Source of the DNA: Bacteroidota bacterium
GTDB lineage: Bacteria; Bacteroidota; Ignavibacteria; UBA10030; SZUA-254
Direction of reading: 5' to 3'
Length of the DNA stretch: 64,000 nt
NCBI GenBank assembly: GCA_033854175.1
Contig: JAWOKN010000096.1
Coordinates: forward strand, 467 to 64,466
Part shown: piece after piece, positions 50,329-59,713 of the stretch
How the letters are laid out: every line of letters starts with the position of its first letter
Position numbering within the stretch: the stretch's first letter is position 1
Translations under genes and position numbers: made by a program
The notes under the pieces: model-generated
What the model was told of the DNA's origin: nothing
Seen by the model: only the letters and a program-made list of their open reading frames with translations
Database searches by the model: none

Positions 50329-50856
50329 TTGACAAAGGGAGGGGAAATTATTATCTTAAGTTTAAACTTTTTAAATTTAACAAAATGGTTTTTCGTTATA
50401 AAAAGGTACGGTAAAAAAACTGATCTTGCACTCAGTTTGTGGATTAAATTAGCCCGCGCGAGTGCCACCTTTGGTAAACTTGCGGATGAGAATATCCGTT
50501 CGTATGGCCTGACCGAACCTCAATTCGGTGTTTTGGAATGCATCGGCCATCTCGGTCCGCTCACGCTGGGAGAACTTTCGAGGAAACTTCTGGTCAGTGG
50601 CGGGAATATTACCTGCGTGGTCGATAATCTCGAGAAAGAGGGCTTGGTCGAGCGGGTGCACAGTACCCATGACCGGAGAGCGGTCGTAGCGCAACTGACA
50701 CTGAAAGGGAAAAAGGTTTTCGACGAGGCGTTTGTTAAACATGCGGAGTTCATCACAGAGATCGCGTCCGTACTGAATGAGCATGAACAGGATCAGCTGT
50801 CAAACCTTTTAAAGAAGCTTGGTCTCACTCTCAAAGAGAAATTTGCCAAAACATGA
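50329..50856 (+). CDS. MarR-family transcriptional regulator. Start uncertain: the first ~30 codons are AT-rich and may be promoter DNA.
   Basis: Winged-helix MarR core (LTEPQFGVLECIGHLGPLTLGELSRKLLVSGGNITCVVDNLEKEGLVERVHSTHDRRAVVAQLTLKG). Divergent from the membrane-protein operon. Confidence 0.8.
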   Translation: MTKGGEIIILSLNFLNLTKWFFVIKRYGKKTDLALSLWIKLARASATFGKLADENIRSYGLTEPQFGVLECIGHLGPLTLGELSRKLLVSGGNITCVVDNLEKEGLVERVHSTHDRRAVVAQLTLKGKKVFDEAFVKHAEFITEIASVLNEHEQDQLSNLLKKLGLTLKEKFAKT

Positions 50857-50973
50857 TAAATGTTCATAGAGGTAAAACACTTACAGTGTCATCCTTGGAT
50901 GGAAATTAAAAGTGATGAAACGCACCTGGTGTAATAGATAAGTGAGACGGGATCAGCCCTTCTATCATACTGT

Positions 50974-51036
50974 TGATGCTGCCTTGTGAGAATGCGTAAA
51001 GATTCGATGATTATGTAAAGAGGCAGCATCTTTTTT
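50974..51036 (+). terminator. Rho-independent terminator downstream of the MarR gene: a 9-bp stem with a long loop, then a T7 run.
   Basis: GATGCTGCC at 50974-50982 pairs with GGCAGCATC at 51021-51029, followed by TTTTTTT at 51030-51036. Confidence 0.5.
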
Positions 51037-51226
51037 TAATCTCGGGATTTCGATAAAAAGGGGACATCTGAAAAAATGGATTGAATTATGGGGTACAACC
51101 GTATTGACGCATCCCTGAGCATCTCTCCTCGTGATTATTATTCCTTCCATAATCTTTGTCAAAACATGAGTATCTCGCTTTTCCGATGCGGAATAAGTAC
51201 ATTAAAGATCTTCATATGATGAAGAT

Positions 51227-52225
51227 ATGAACGCGATGCAATTAAAAAATCCCCAGGCGATCGAACACAAACCGCTGATCGCAGTTGACATCCCGGTCCC
51301 AAGCCCTCGAGCTGATCAAGTTTTGATTCGGGTCAGTGCCTGTGGAATCTGTCACACAGATCTTCACATCATTGAAGGCGAATTACCCGCAGTGCGGCTT
51401 CCTGTTGTACCGGGGCATCAGGTGGTAGGTGTCGTGGAAAAGGTCGGACGATTGGTTTCCTCTTGTGTGCCAGGAGAAAGAGTAGGGGTAGCCTGGCTCA
51501 ACAGGGTGGATGGGACTTGTGAATTTTGCCGCAGCGGGAATGAAAACCTATGTGACAGCGCATTTTTCACGGGTTATCATTTTGACGGCGGGTATGCAGA
51601 ATACATGGTCTCGGACGCTGCCTTTATATATAAACTTCCCCCCAATCAGACAGATTTCTCCGTGGCGCCGATGTTATGTGCTGGTATTATTGGTTTTCGT
51701 GCGTTGAATTTATCTGGTGTTGGGGCCGGTGAGCGGCTTGGCATTTTTGGTTTTGGAGCTGCTGCACACATTGTACTCCAGCTTGCAAAAGGGCGCGGGT
51801 GCGAGGTATATGTCTTTTCGCGTAATGAGGACCACCATAAGCTTGCGAAGGGTCTCGGTGCTGACTGGATTGGCACAGCCAGTGAGCCACCGCCACATCT
51901 TCTGCATGGGGCGATTAACTTTGCTCCGGCCGGGTCGCTAGTTCTTTCCGCTCTCGCAAAACTGCGGAAAGGGGGTACTCTGACCCTGGCCGGTATATAC
52001 ATGACTCCAATTCCGCAGATGGAATATAATTTGCTCTACCAGGAGAAAAGTATCAGAAGTGTAACCAACAATACGTACCGCGATGGAGTCGATTTTCTGA
52101 GGGAGGCGGAAAAGATTTCGCTTAAGACTGAAACGGAAATCTATCCCCTTTACGAAGCCAACGAAGCACTGATACGTTTAAAATCCGGTAAAATACGCGG
52201 GGCAGGTGTTCTAGCCATACAATGA
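51227..52225 (+). CDS. Zinc-dependent alcohol dehydrogenase (MDR family).
   Basis: GHE-type catalytic Zn ligands (CGICHTDLH), structural Zn Cys cluster (CEFCRSGNENLC) and a Rossmann GxGxxG (GFGAAAH). Confidence 0.88.
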   Translation: MNAMQLKNPQAIEHKPLIAVDIPVPSPRADQVLIRVSACGICHTDLHIIEGELPAVRLPVVPGHQVVGVVEKVGRLVSSCVPGERVGVAWLNRVDGTCEFCRSGNENLCDSAFFTGYHFDGGYAEYMVSDAAFIYKLPPNQTDFSVAPMLCAGIIGFRALNLSGVGAGERLGIFGFGAAAHIVLQLAKGRGCEVYVFSRNEDHHKLAKGLGADWIGTASEPPPHLLHGAINFAPAGSLVLSALAKLRKGGTLTLAGIYMTPIPQMEYNLLYQEKSIRSVTNNTYRDGVDFLREAEKISLKTETEIYPLYEANEALIRLKSGKIRGAGVLAIQ

Positions 52226-52232
52226 TACCAAC

Positions 52233-53084
52233 CTACTGAACGGGCGGATTCCACCCTTCTCTATTCCAACTAATTAATTCTACTTTCACGCTTCCAATAA
52301 TAACCTTCAATTCGGCTTTTATAGGGACACAGGCCGAATCATCACTGAACCATCCCCTGAAATCACCGGTGAGGCCGAAGAGGCCTTTGAACTCCGCTCT
52401 TCCATCGAGCTGAGTAACGCGAATTTTCTTGTCCTTCAAGGCATCTATCTCTTCCAGACCAGTTTCGCCGGAAATATTGAAGCGGGTTTGGCCGAGTTTT
52501 CCATATACAATTGTTGGAACAACCAATGGCTGGTGACGGCGTACATTATTCCGAGCAAAATAGAGGATAGAGAGGCCGTCCTGAACGACGGTATCGTTCA
52601 GATACACCGTGTCGCGGTGAACAGAGTCATCGGAATGTACGGGATCATTTTTTTTTGTGACGGCTTCGATATAGATCCGCTTATGTGCAAGATCGTAACG
52701 TGATATTTCAGATCGTCGTTGATCTCCCTTCCATTCAATTGCATGAAATCCATGTGAAAAACACAAGCTGTCCATGTCGGAATGATCAATCACATGGAGA
52801 TCAACAAATGGAAGACCCTCGTAGGAATCAACGTATGCTGTAGCAGGATAGATCGTCGTTCCGTGTGAGGTGTGAGGGGGAGACAACTTTAAACGGATCT
52901 GTCCGAGACTTATTTTTAACCAGCTCACCTCATAGACGAGTTCTTCTCCGGGACAAAGAACGGACGAATTGCAGGAATCGGGTCGATTACCACACAGGAG
53001 AAAAACCGAATTATCCCCGAGAAGGTAAAAAATGAAGGAAATAAGAATGGCAAGAGAGAGTGCGCGTAATATTTTTCGCCCCAC
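52233..53084 (-). CDS. DUF3108 domain-containing protein.
   Basis: Signal/TM N-terminus and the GEELVYEVSWLKISLGQIRLK motif typical of DUF3108. Confidence 0.7.
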   Translation of the reverse strand: MGRKILRALSLAILISFIFYLLGDNSVFLLCGNRPDSCNSSVLCPGEELVYEVSWLKISLGQIRLKLSPPHTSHGTTIYPATAYVDSYEGLPFVDLHVIDHSDMDSLCFSHGFHAIEWKGDQRRSEISRYDLAHKRIYIEAVTKKNDPVHSDDSVHRDTVYLNDTVVQDGLSILYFARNNVRRHQPLVVPTIVYGKLGQTRFNISGETGLEEIDALKDKKIRVTQLDGRAEFKGLFGLTGDFRGWFSDDSACVPIKAELKVIIGSVKVELISWNREGWNPPVQ

Positions 53085-53342
53085 GCAGAATTCCTTTCAA
53101 AAAGAATTCAGGTATTTAAATAAATATAATAATCAATCGTCAATAAATATGAAAATACCCGGAATGACAGGATCAGATATCTATCCGATCAAGCTTTTTA
53201 GTAAGAAGTTCCCACGATAAATTCAATAAAAACAATTGTTTAGCTTAAATATTTAAAATTGATATTTCCTTGAAAATAAGCTGAAACTTTTGTATACTAT
53301 GTTCGTATAATAAACAGTGTTTATTTAATAAATGGTGATCAT

Positions 53343-53969
53343 ATGGGAATTTTAGAGAGAAAGTTAAGGGACAAGGAGGAGATGAAAAGCCTTATACTCA
53401 CAACGGCAATGAAGCTTTTTATGGAGGAGGGATTTCAGAATATTTCGATCCGCCGGATTGCGGATAAGATCGAGTATAGTCCGGCGACCATTTATCTCTA
53501 CTTCAAGGATAAGGATGACATTCTCTATGCACTCCACACCGAGGGCTTCGATGAATTATATAAGAGGCAACTGACGGTGGAATCGATCAAGGATCCCCGG
53601 GAAAGACTCATCAAGCATGGAGAAATTTACATACGGTTCGCCATGGAGAAGCCTGAGTATTACAATCTGATGTTTATTGAGCGAGGCCCAGCGAAAAAAT
53701 TTTCTGAAAATGAAGGTTGGACAGTTGGCCGGAGGTCATACGAATTTTTCAGGGGAGATGTCCGGCAGGCCATAGAGGCCGGAGTGTTACCCCGCGGTGA
53801 TGCAGATACAGCTGCGTTTGGTCTTTGGTCTCAGGCGCATGGCATAGTGTCGCTGATTCTCAGAAACCGCTGTGTCATGCTGGATCAGAATAGGCTTTTG
53901 GAAACTGGGCTGTCGGCGTTCCATTATATGGTCAAGGGATCCGAGGTCGTATTTCCGGCTCAACATTAA
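53343..53969 (+). CDS. TetR/AcrR family transcriptional regulator.
   Basis: N-terminal TetR HTH (FQNISIRRIADKIEYSPATIYLYF). Upstream of the second RND operon. Confidence 0.88.
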   Translation: MGILERKLRDKEEMKSLILTTAMKLFMEEGFQNISIRRIADKIEYSPATIYLYFKDKDDILYALHTEGFDELYKRQLTVESIKDPRERLIKHGEIYIRFAMEKPEYYNLMFIERGPAKKFSENEGWTVGRRSYEFFRGDVRQAIEAGVLPRGDADTAAFGLWSQAHGIVSLILRNRCVMLDQNRLLETGLSAFHYMVKGSEVVFPAQH

Positions 53970-53987
53970 TCTCACAGGAGCATACAC

Positions 53988-55328
53988 ATGACGATGAACA
54001 AGATTCTTCCTGTTGCTGTTTTCGCGCTTTTCGTTCCACTGTCGGGCCAAGCGCAGCAGACAATGTCACTAACAGTGGAAAAATCGATAGATATCGGTTT
54101 ATCAAATAGTAAATCATTGCATGCGGCCATGATGGGATTGGAAGCTGCTGATGAGAGATCAAGTGAAGCAAGTATTGCCCGTTTTGCCACGCTAAAGTTC
54201 AATGGGGGATATACGCGCCTCAGTGAAGTGCCGCCGTTTGATATTGGTCCGTTTCCTCCACTCCTGACAGAGCCGATTACCGTATCCTCGCAAGTACTCG
54301 ACAATTACACGCTGCGGATGTCTCTGCAGCAGCCTCTTTTTACGGGGCTTCGGCTCCAGAAAAGTGCGGATCTCGCAGATTTCGCCGCCCAGGCATCCGT
54401 CAAGGATGTAAAACGCGAAAAATCGGATCTCGTGTATGATATAAAGTCGGCATATTGGAATTTGTACAGGGCGAATGAATTTAAAAGGGTCATCGATGAG
54501 GTGGTGGAACAAATGAAGGCGCATCTCAAAGATGTTCAGGGATTTTTTGCGCAGGGCATCGCTACAAAAAACGATGTACTCAGGGTTGAAACACAGCTCT
54601 CAAATGCTGAATTGACCCAACTCGATGCCGCAAACAACGTTCAACTCGGAATGCTCAGTTTAAATAATGTCATCGGACTTCCCCTCCGCACGAAAATCGA
54701 GATTGCGTCGCAGCTCCAGAAGGCTAAAATTTCCTCTTACAACGTGGAGGACCTGATCCGGCAGGCAAATGAACTCCGCCCAGACGTGGGAGCCTTGGAA
54801 TTACGTGTAAAGGCGGGTGAAGCAGGTGTCGGAGTCGCGCAATCGGGATGGTTCCCGCAGATATATCTCTTCGGGAATTATTATTACTCGCGCCCGAACC
54901 AGCGGTTCTTTCCGACCGTGGACGCTTTTAAAAATACCTGGGACGTCGGGATCAATGTTTCCATGGACGTCTGGAACTGGGGAACGACAATTCATCAGAC
55001 AAACGAAGCGCAGGCACTTTTGGCGCAATCGCGTGATGCCCTTGATCAATTGAAAGACGGTGTATCTCTCGAGGTCACACAAAGTTACCTCAATCTTGTT
55101 GAATCAGGCGACAGGATTGATGTTGCGGAAAAAGGCGTCAGCCAAGCGGAAGAGAATTACAGAATCACGAACGAAAAATATCAATCAGGGCTTGTACTCA
55201 ATTCTGACGTTCTTGATGCAGAAGTATCGCTGTTGCAGGCGAAGTTCAATTACATCCAGGCGCTTGTCGACCATGAACTGGCCAATGCAAGGCTCCAAAA
55301 AGTGACGGCAATGGATTTAAATTACTAA
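53988..55328 (+). CDS. TolC-family outer membrane efflux protein.
   Basis: 446 aa, signal peptide, TolC repeat architecture. Confidence 0.85.
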   Translation: MTMNKILPVAVFALFVPLSGQAQQTMSLTVEKSIDIGLSNSKSLHAAMMGLEAADERSSEASIARFATLKFNGGYTRLSEVPPFDIGPFPPLLTEPITVSSQVLDNYTLRMSLQQPLFTGLRLQKSADLADFAAQASVKDVKREKSDLVYDIKSAYWNLYRANEFKRVIDEVVEQMKAHLKDVQGFFAQGIATKNDVLRVETQLSNAELTQLDAANNVQLGMLSLNNVIGLPLRTKIEIASQLQKAKISSYNVEDLIRQANELRPDVGALELRVKAGEAGVGVAQSGWFPQIYLFGNYYYSRPNQRFFPTVDAFKNTWDVGINVSMDVWNWGTTIHQTNEAQALLAQSRDALDQLKDGVSLEVTQSYLNLVESGDRIDVAEKGVSQAEENYRITNEKYQSGLVLNSDVLDAEVSLLQAKFNYIQALVDHELANARLQKVTAMDLNY

Positions 55329-55345
55329 ATGATTGAGAGGGACGT

Positions 55346-56404
55346 ATGAATAGAAAAGTCAAGATCATCCTCATCGGAGTGTTTTTCCTGGCGGCAGTGG
55401 TAGCAATTCTCATGTACAACAAATCCCGCATGGAAGCAGAAGCCCGAACAGAATTAACGAGTGCGTTACCTGTCACGGTTGAAAAAGTATCACGGCGGGC
55501 TTTAAGTGATAACCGGTTACTCACAGGTGTTATTGCCGCCAACAACGATGTGTCTGTGGTCGCGGAAGCACAGGGTAAAGTTATCGGTGTGTTTGCCGAG
55601 GTTGGGCAGTACAAAACAGCCGGATCGGTTCTCGTGCAGGTTGATGACGAGATGAAGCAGGCGAGTTTCGCTTCCGCGGAGGTGAATTACGAGAAAGCAA
55701 AAAAAGACCTCCAGCGTTTTGAAAATTTGATGAAGGATTCGGCAGTGAGTGATCAGCAAATGGAGAATGCCCGGCTTGCCTTCAAGGCTGCTGAAGCACA
55801 ATATGTTGTCGCTCGACGTGAATTCCGTGATACAAAAATCACAACCCCGATTTCAGGCATTGTAACATCGCGGGCAGTGGACATCGGCGCATATGTGCAG
55901 CGGGGTACGCCGATTGCGAATGTCGTCGATCTTTCCAGATTGAAAGTTAAAGTCAGTGTCGCGGAAAATGAAATTTTTACCCTAAGGCTCGGCGATACCG
56001 CCGAGGTCACGACGGATGTCTACCCGGGTATTGTGTTTCACGGCAAAATACAAACAATTAGTTCGAAAGCCGACGATGCGCATACCTATCCTGTCGAAGT
56101 TATGTTACCGAATAGCAAGCAGCATCCGTTAAAGGTAGGTATGTTTGGAAGAATCTCGTTCCAGAGACTTGGACAGGGTGTGGCTTTGGTTATACCCCGT
56201 ATAGCCCTGACCGGAAGTGTGAAAAATCCCACGGTGTTTGTTGTGGAAAATTCAAAGGCCGTGTTGAGGAATCTCACACTTGGTCCGGAAGTCGGAAATT
56301 ACCTCACAGTCCTCAACGGTCTCCGTGAAAGAGAAACACTCATTGTGACAGGACAGAATAATTTAAAGGATGGCAGCACAGTTTTGGTTGTGAACCAAGA
56401 ATAA
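55346..56404 (+). CDS. Efflux RND transporter periplasmic adaptor subunit.
   Basis: N-terminal TM, coiled-coil hairpin and beta-barrel MFP domains. Confidence 0.88.
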   Translation: MNRKVKIILIGVFFLAAVVAILMYNKSRMEAEARTELTSALPVTVEKVSRRALSDNRLLTGVIAANNDVSVVAEAQGKVIGVFAEVGQYKTAGSVLVQVDDEMKQASFASAEVNYEKAKKDLQRFENLMKDSAVSDQQMENARLAFKAAEAQYVVARREFRDTKITTPISGIVTSRAVDIGAYVQRGTPIANVVDLSRLKVKVSVAENEIFTLRLGDTAEVTTDVYPGIVFHGKIQTISSKADDAHTYPVEVMLPNSKQHPLKVGMFGRISFQRLGQGVALVIPRIALTGSVKNPTVFVVENSKAVLRNLTLGPEVGNYLTVLNGLRERETLIVTGQNNLKDGSTVLVVNQE

Positions 56405-56456
56405 ACGGTATGAATGATCAAGGATGCCTCAGAGAAAGCTGAGGGGAGAGTAAAAT

Positions 56457-59400
56457 ATGACAATAACTGAATTATCAATAAAACGGCCAACATTGATTGT
56501 GGTAATTTTTTCGATACTCGGGGTACTGGGTCTTTTCAGCTATAATCAGCTTAAGTATGAGCTGTTACCCAAAATAACACCCCCGTATGTGTCGATCATG
56601 ACCATTTATCCCGGTGCATCCCCGAACGAGGTGGAAACATCGGTAACCAAAGTCATTGAGGATGCAGTCTCCGGCATAGACAAAGTGTCTACAGTATATG
56701 CGTCCTCACAGGAAGGGATGTCGTTGGTGTCGCTTGAATTCCAGATGAGTGCCGACATCAATGTCGTTTTACAGGATGTCCAGCGGAAGGTCAACGAGGT
56801 AAGCTCTGAGTTTCCGGCCGATGTGAAGACCCCAAGGATATCCAAATTCGCCCTGGATGAACTGCCCGTCCTGCGTATGGGGGTCACGGCAAAAATGCCC
56901 TCGCGAGAGTTTTATCAGCTGCTGAAAGATCAGATTCAACCCCGGCTTTCGAAGTTGGCCGGTGTCGGCCAGATCACCCTCGTGGGTGGAGATGAGCGTG
57001 AGATTACTGTTAATATTGACGCACAGAAACTTCGCGGATACAACCTCTCCATACTGCAAGTTGCACAGTTGATTAAGTCGTCGAATCTTGATTTTCCTAC
57101 GGGTAACATCAAAGGTGAATCCACACAATATGTGGTCCGGTTGGCCGGAAAATATTCCACGGTCGATGATCTCCGGCGTTTGGTTGTTGCCCGCTCGCGG
57201 GATGGTGGTGATGTCCGACTGTCGGATATTGGTGAGGTCGAGGATGGACAGAAAGAATATTCGAGTTTAAGTCGCATCAACGGCAAATCATCAGTGGGGA
57301 TTCTGGTCCAAAAGCAGGGTGATGCGAATTCCGTTGAAGTGAGCCAGATTATCAGGGACGATTTAAAACGGATTGAGGCTAAGTACGCGAACATTGGCTT
57401 AAAATTCGATATTGCGGAAGATGCATCAACATTTACGACCGACGCGGCGAATGCGGTGAAACACGACCTAGCCCTGGCTGTCGTTTTTGTTGCGGTCGTA
57501 ATGCTTGCTTTTTTACACAGCATCCGGAATTCCCTCATCGTTATGGTTGCCATTCCAGCGTCATTGATATCAACCTTCATAGGAATGTATGCGTTTGGCT
57601 TTTCGCTGAACCTCATGACCCTCCTTGGAATGTCTCTGGTGATCGGTATTCTTGTCGATGACTCCATTGTGGTACTTGAAAACATTTACCGGCATCTTGA
57701 AAAAGGAGATGACCAACGAACTGCAGCGCTTAGAGGCCGGAATGAAATCGGTTTTGCCGCAATATCCATCACTATGGTTGATGTAGTTGTGTTCGTTCCG
57801 CTTGCGCTCGTGAGCGGGCTTATCGGCAACATCATGCGGGAATTCGCACTTGTTGTCGTTTTCTCGACGTTAATGAGTCTGTTTGTATCATTCACAATTA
57901 CACCGCTGCTGGCCTCCCGTTTTACGAAACTGGAGCATTTGACGCGCGGTACCATTCTTGGTAAATTCGCCGTAGGTTTTGAAAAAATTTATGATAAAAT
58001 CACCCATTACTATATCCAAACCTTGCAATGGAGCCTCCATCATCGGGGCAGGGTGGCATTGATTGCTCTTGGGTTGTTTCTCGGGACGCTGACACTTGTT
58101 CCACTCGGTTTTATCGGATCGGAATTCATGACACCCGTTGATCGCGGCGAGTTCACGGTCACTCTCGAAGTTCCCTCCGGTTCAACACTGGAAAACACCA
58201 ATTTTATCACCCAGGAAGTCGAACAATTTGTTGCAAAATTTCCGGAGGTAGTGAAAACATTCGTCAATGTTGGCGTATCGACCGAAGGCCTCGTGGGTCA
58301 AAGTTCGAATTATGTATCTGAACTCAATGTCACGCTGGTTTCGAAGGAAAAACGCAAACGTTCGACGGATGATATAAGTCAGGAAATCGAGCAATTTGCA
58401 AAACGAATACCCGGCGTTAAGGTCCGTGTTAGTCCGATTGGATTGTTTGGGACAGCTAATCAGTCGCCGATTGCTATCGTGGTAGGTGGAACAGATTATG
58501 ATCAGGTCCGTCAGGCAGCCGAAAATGTAAAGGACGTTGTTGGCACAATTCCAGGGACTGCGGACGTCCGGCTATCATCTGAGGAAGGAGTCCCTGAATC
58601 CCGAATTGAGATCGACAGGGAGAAGCTTTCAACGCTGGGGCTGACGCTTGCGGATGTCGGTGCGACGCTACGGATTGCATTCAATGGTGATGATGATTCG
58701 AAGTTCCAGGATGGACCGAATCAGTATCCCATCCGCATTGTGCTTGATCCCCAGGATCGCACGCAAAAGTCAAATATTGAAGATCTCACATTCCTCAACC
58801 GGAAAGGGCAACTCATCGCGCTTAAACAGTTCGCCCATGTCGTGCAGACAATTGGTCCGACAAAGCTTGGTCGTTTGGATCGTAATTATGCGGTGACAGT
58901 TTATTCGCAGGCTGTCGGTCGGCCGTCGGGTTCCATCGTTGGTGATATTCAGACGGCGCTCGCAAAAACAACACTGCCACAGGGGATTAGCATTTCGTAT
59001 CTAGGAGATGAAAAAAACCGCACCGAATCGTTTTCAAGTCTCTTTCTTGCACTGGCGGCAGCAATCCTTTTTGTCTACATGATTATGGTTGCGTTGTATA
59101 ATTCCTACGTGTACCCGTTCGTGGTACTATTTTCAATACCCGTGGCGATTCTCGGCGCTCTTCTTGCTCTTGCCTTGACTATGAAGTCCCTGAGCATCTT
59201 TTCTATGCTTGGAATAATCATGCTTGTGGGTCTGGTCGGAAAAAATGCAATCCTTCTGGTTGACCGGACAAATCAGATGCGTGAGGAGGCCCACCTGAGC
59301 ACATTTGATGCGTTGATGGAAGCGGGGCAGACCCGACTACGTCCGATTCTTATGACAACGGCTTCCATGGTAGTTGCCATGTTGCCGATTGCGCTGAGTC

Positions 59401-59636
59401 TAAGTTCGGGATCTGAATGGAAATCAGGTCTCGCCTCTGCACTTATTGGTGGATTGATCAGTTCTCTTCTTCTTACCCTGATCCTTGTTCCCGTGGTATA
59501 TTCAAAGGTCGATCAGTGGCGGGAATCCGTGCCAGCTCGGTTGCGAAGGTTAATGAGCAAACCGGTGCGGAGTAGATCAGCTGTGCCTGTTCCTGGTAGT
59601 ATTCAGGGGGCAGTGGAATATCCTCAGTGGAAGTGA
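56457..59636 (+). CDS. Efflux RND transporter permease (AcrB/HAE1 family).
   Basis: 1059 aa, 12-TM RND architecture. Paralog of the 40076-43240 gene. Confidence 0.93.
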   Translation: MTITELSIKRPTLIVVIFSILGVLGLFSYNQLKYELLPKITPPYVSIMTIYPGASPNEVETSVTKVIEDAVSGIDKVSTVYASSQEGMSLVSLEFQMSADINVVLQDVQRKVNEVSSEFPADVKTPRISKFALDELPVLRMGVTAKMPSREFYQLLKDQIQPRLSKLAGVGQITLVGGDEREITVNIDAQKLRGYNLSILQVAQLIKSSNLDFPTGNIKGESTQYVVRLAGKYSTVDDLRRLVVARSRDGGDVRLSDIGEVEDGQKEYSSLSRINGKSSVGILVQKQGDANSVEVSQIIRDDLKRIEAKYANIGLKFDIAEDASTFTTDAANAVKHDLALAVVFVAVVMLAFLHSIRNSLIVMVAIPASLISTFIGMYAFGFSLNLMTLLGMSLVIGILVDDSIVVLENIYRHLEKGDDQRTAALRGRNEIGFAAISITMVDVVVFVPLALVSGLIGNIMREFALVVVFSTLMSLFVSFTITPLLASRFTKLEHLTRGTILGKFAVGFEKIYDKITHYYIQTLQWSLHHRGRVALIALGLFLGTLTLVPLGFIGSEFMTPVDRGEFTVTLEVPSGSTLENTNFITQEVEQFVAKFPEVVKTFVNVGVSTEGLVGQSSNYVSELNVTLVSKEKRKRSTDDISQEIEQFAKRIPGVKVRVSPIGLFGTANQSPIAIVVGGTDYDQVRQAAENVKDVVGTIPGTADVRLSSEEGVPESRIEIDREKLSTLGLTLADVGATLRIAFNGDDDSKFQDGPNQYPIRIVLDPQDRTQKSNIEDLTFLNRKGQLIALKQFAHVVQTIGPTKLGRLDRNYAVTVYSQAVGRPSGSIVGDIQTALAKTTLPQGISISYLGDEKNRTESFSSLFLALAAAILFVYMIMVALYNSYVYPFVVLFSIPVAILGALLALALTMKSLSIFSMLGIIMLVGLVGKNAILLVDRTNQMREEAHLSTFDALMEAGQTRLRPILMTTASMVVAMLPIALSLSSGSEWKSGLASALIGGLISSLLLTLILVPVVYSKVDQWRESVPARLRRLMSKPVRSRSAVPVPGSIQGAVEYPQWK

Positions 59637-59713
59637 AATGGTTATGAATGTTTGTATATTTTATTGTAGCCGTCAAGGTTCACCCTCATTCTTCTGATTT
59701 GGAACTCGTACTT

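Noticed and set aside
56936-57685. 249-aa antisense ORF inside the second RND pump gene. Similar embedded or antisense ORFs occur at 41144-41626, 5524-6006, 4300-4779, 31696-32058, 31838-32290 and 21341-21925.
   Set aside because: All lie wholly within, and opposite to or out of frame with, strongly supported genes. Their translations are low-complexity, rich in S, T and R, with no recognisable motifs. The 21341-21925 ORF would overlap rpmH and rnpA.
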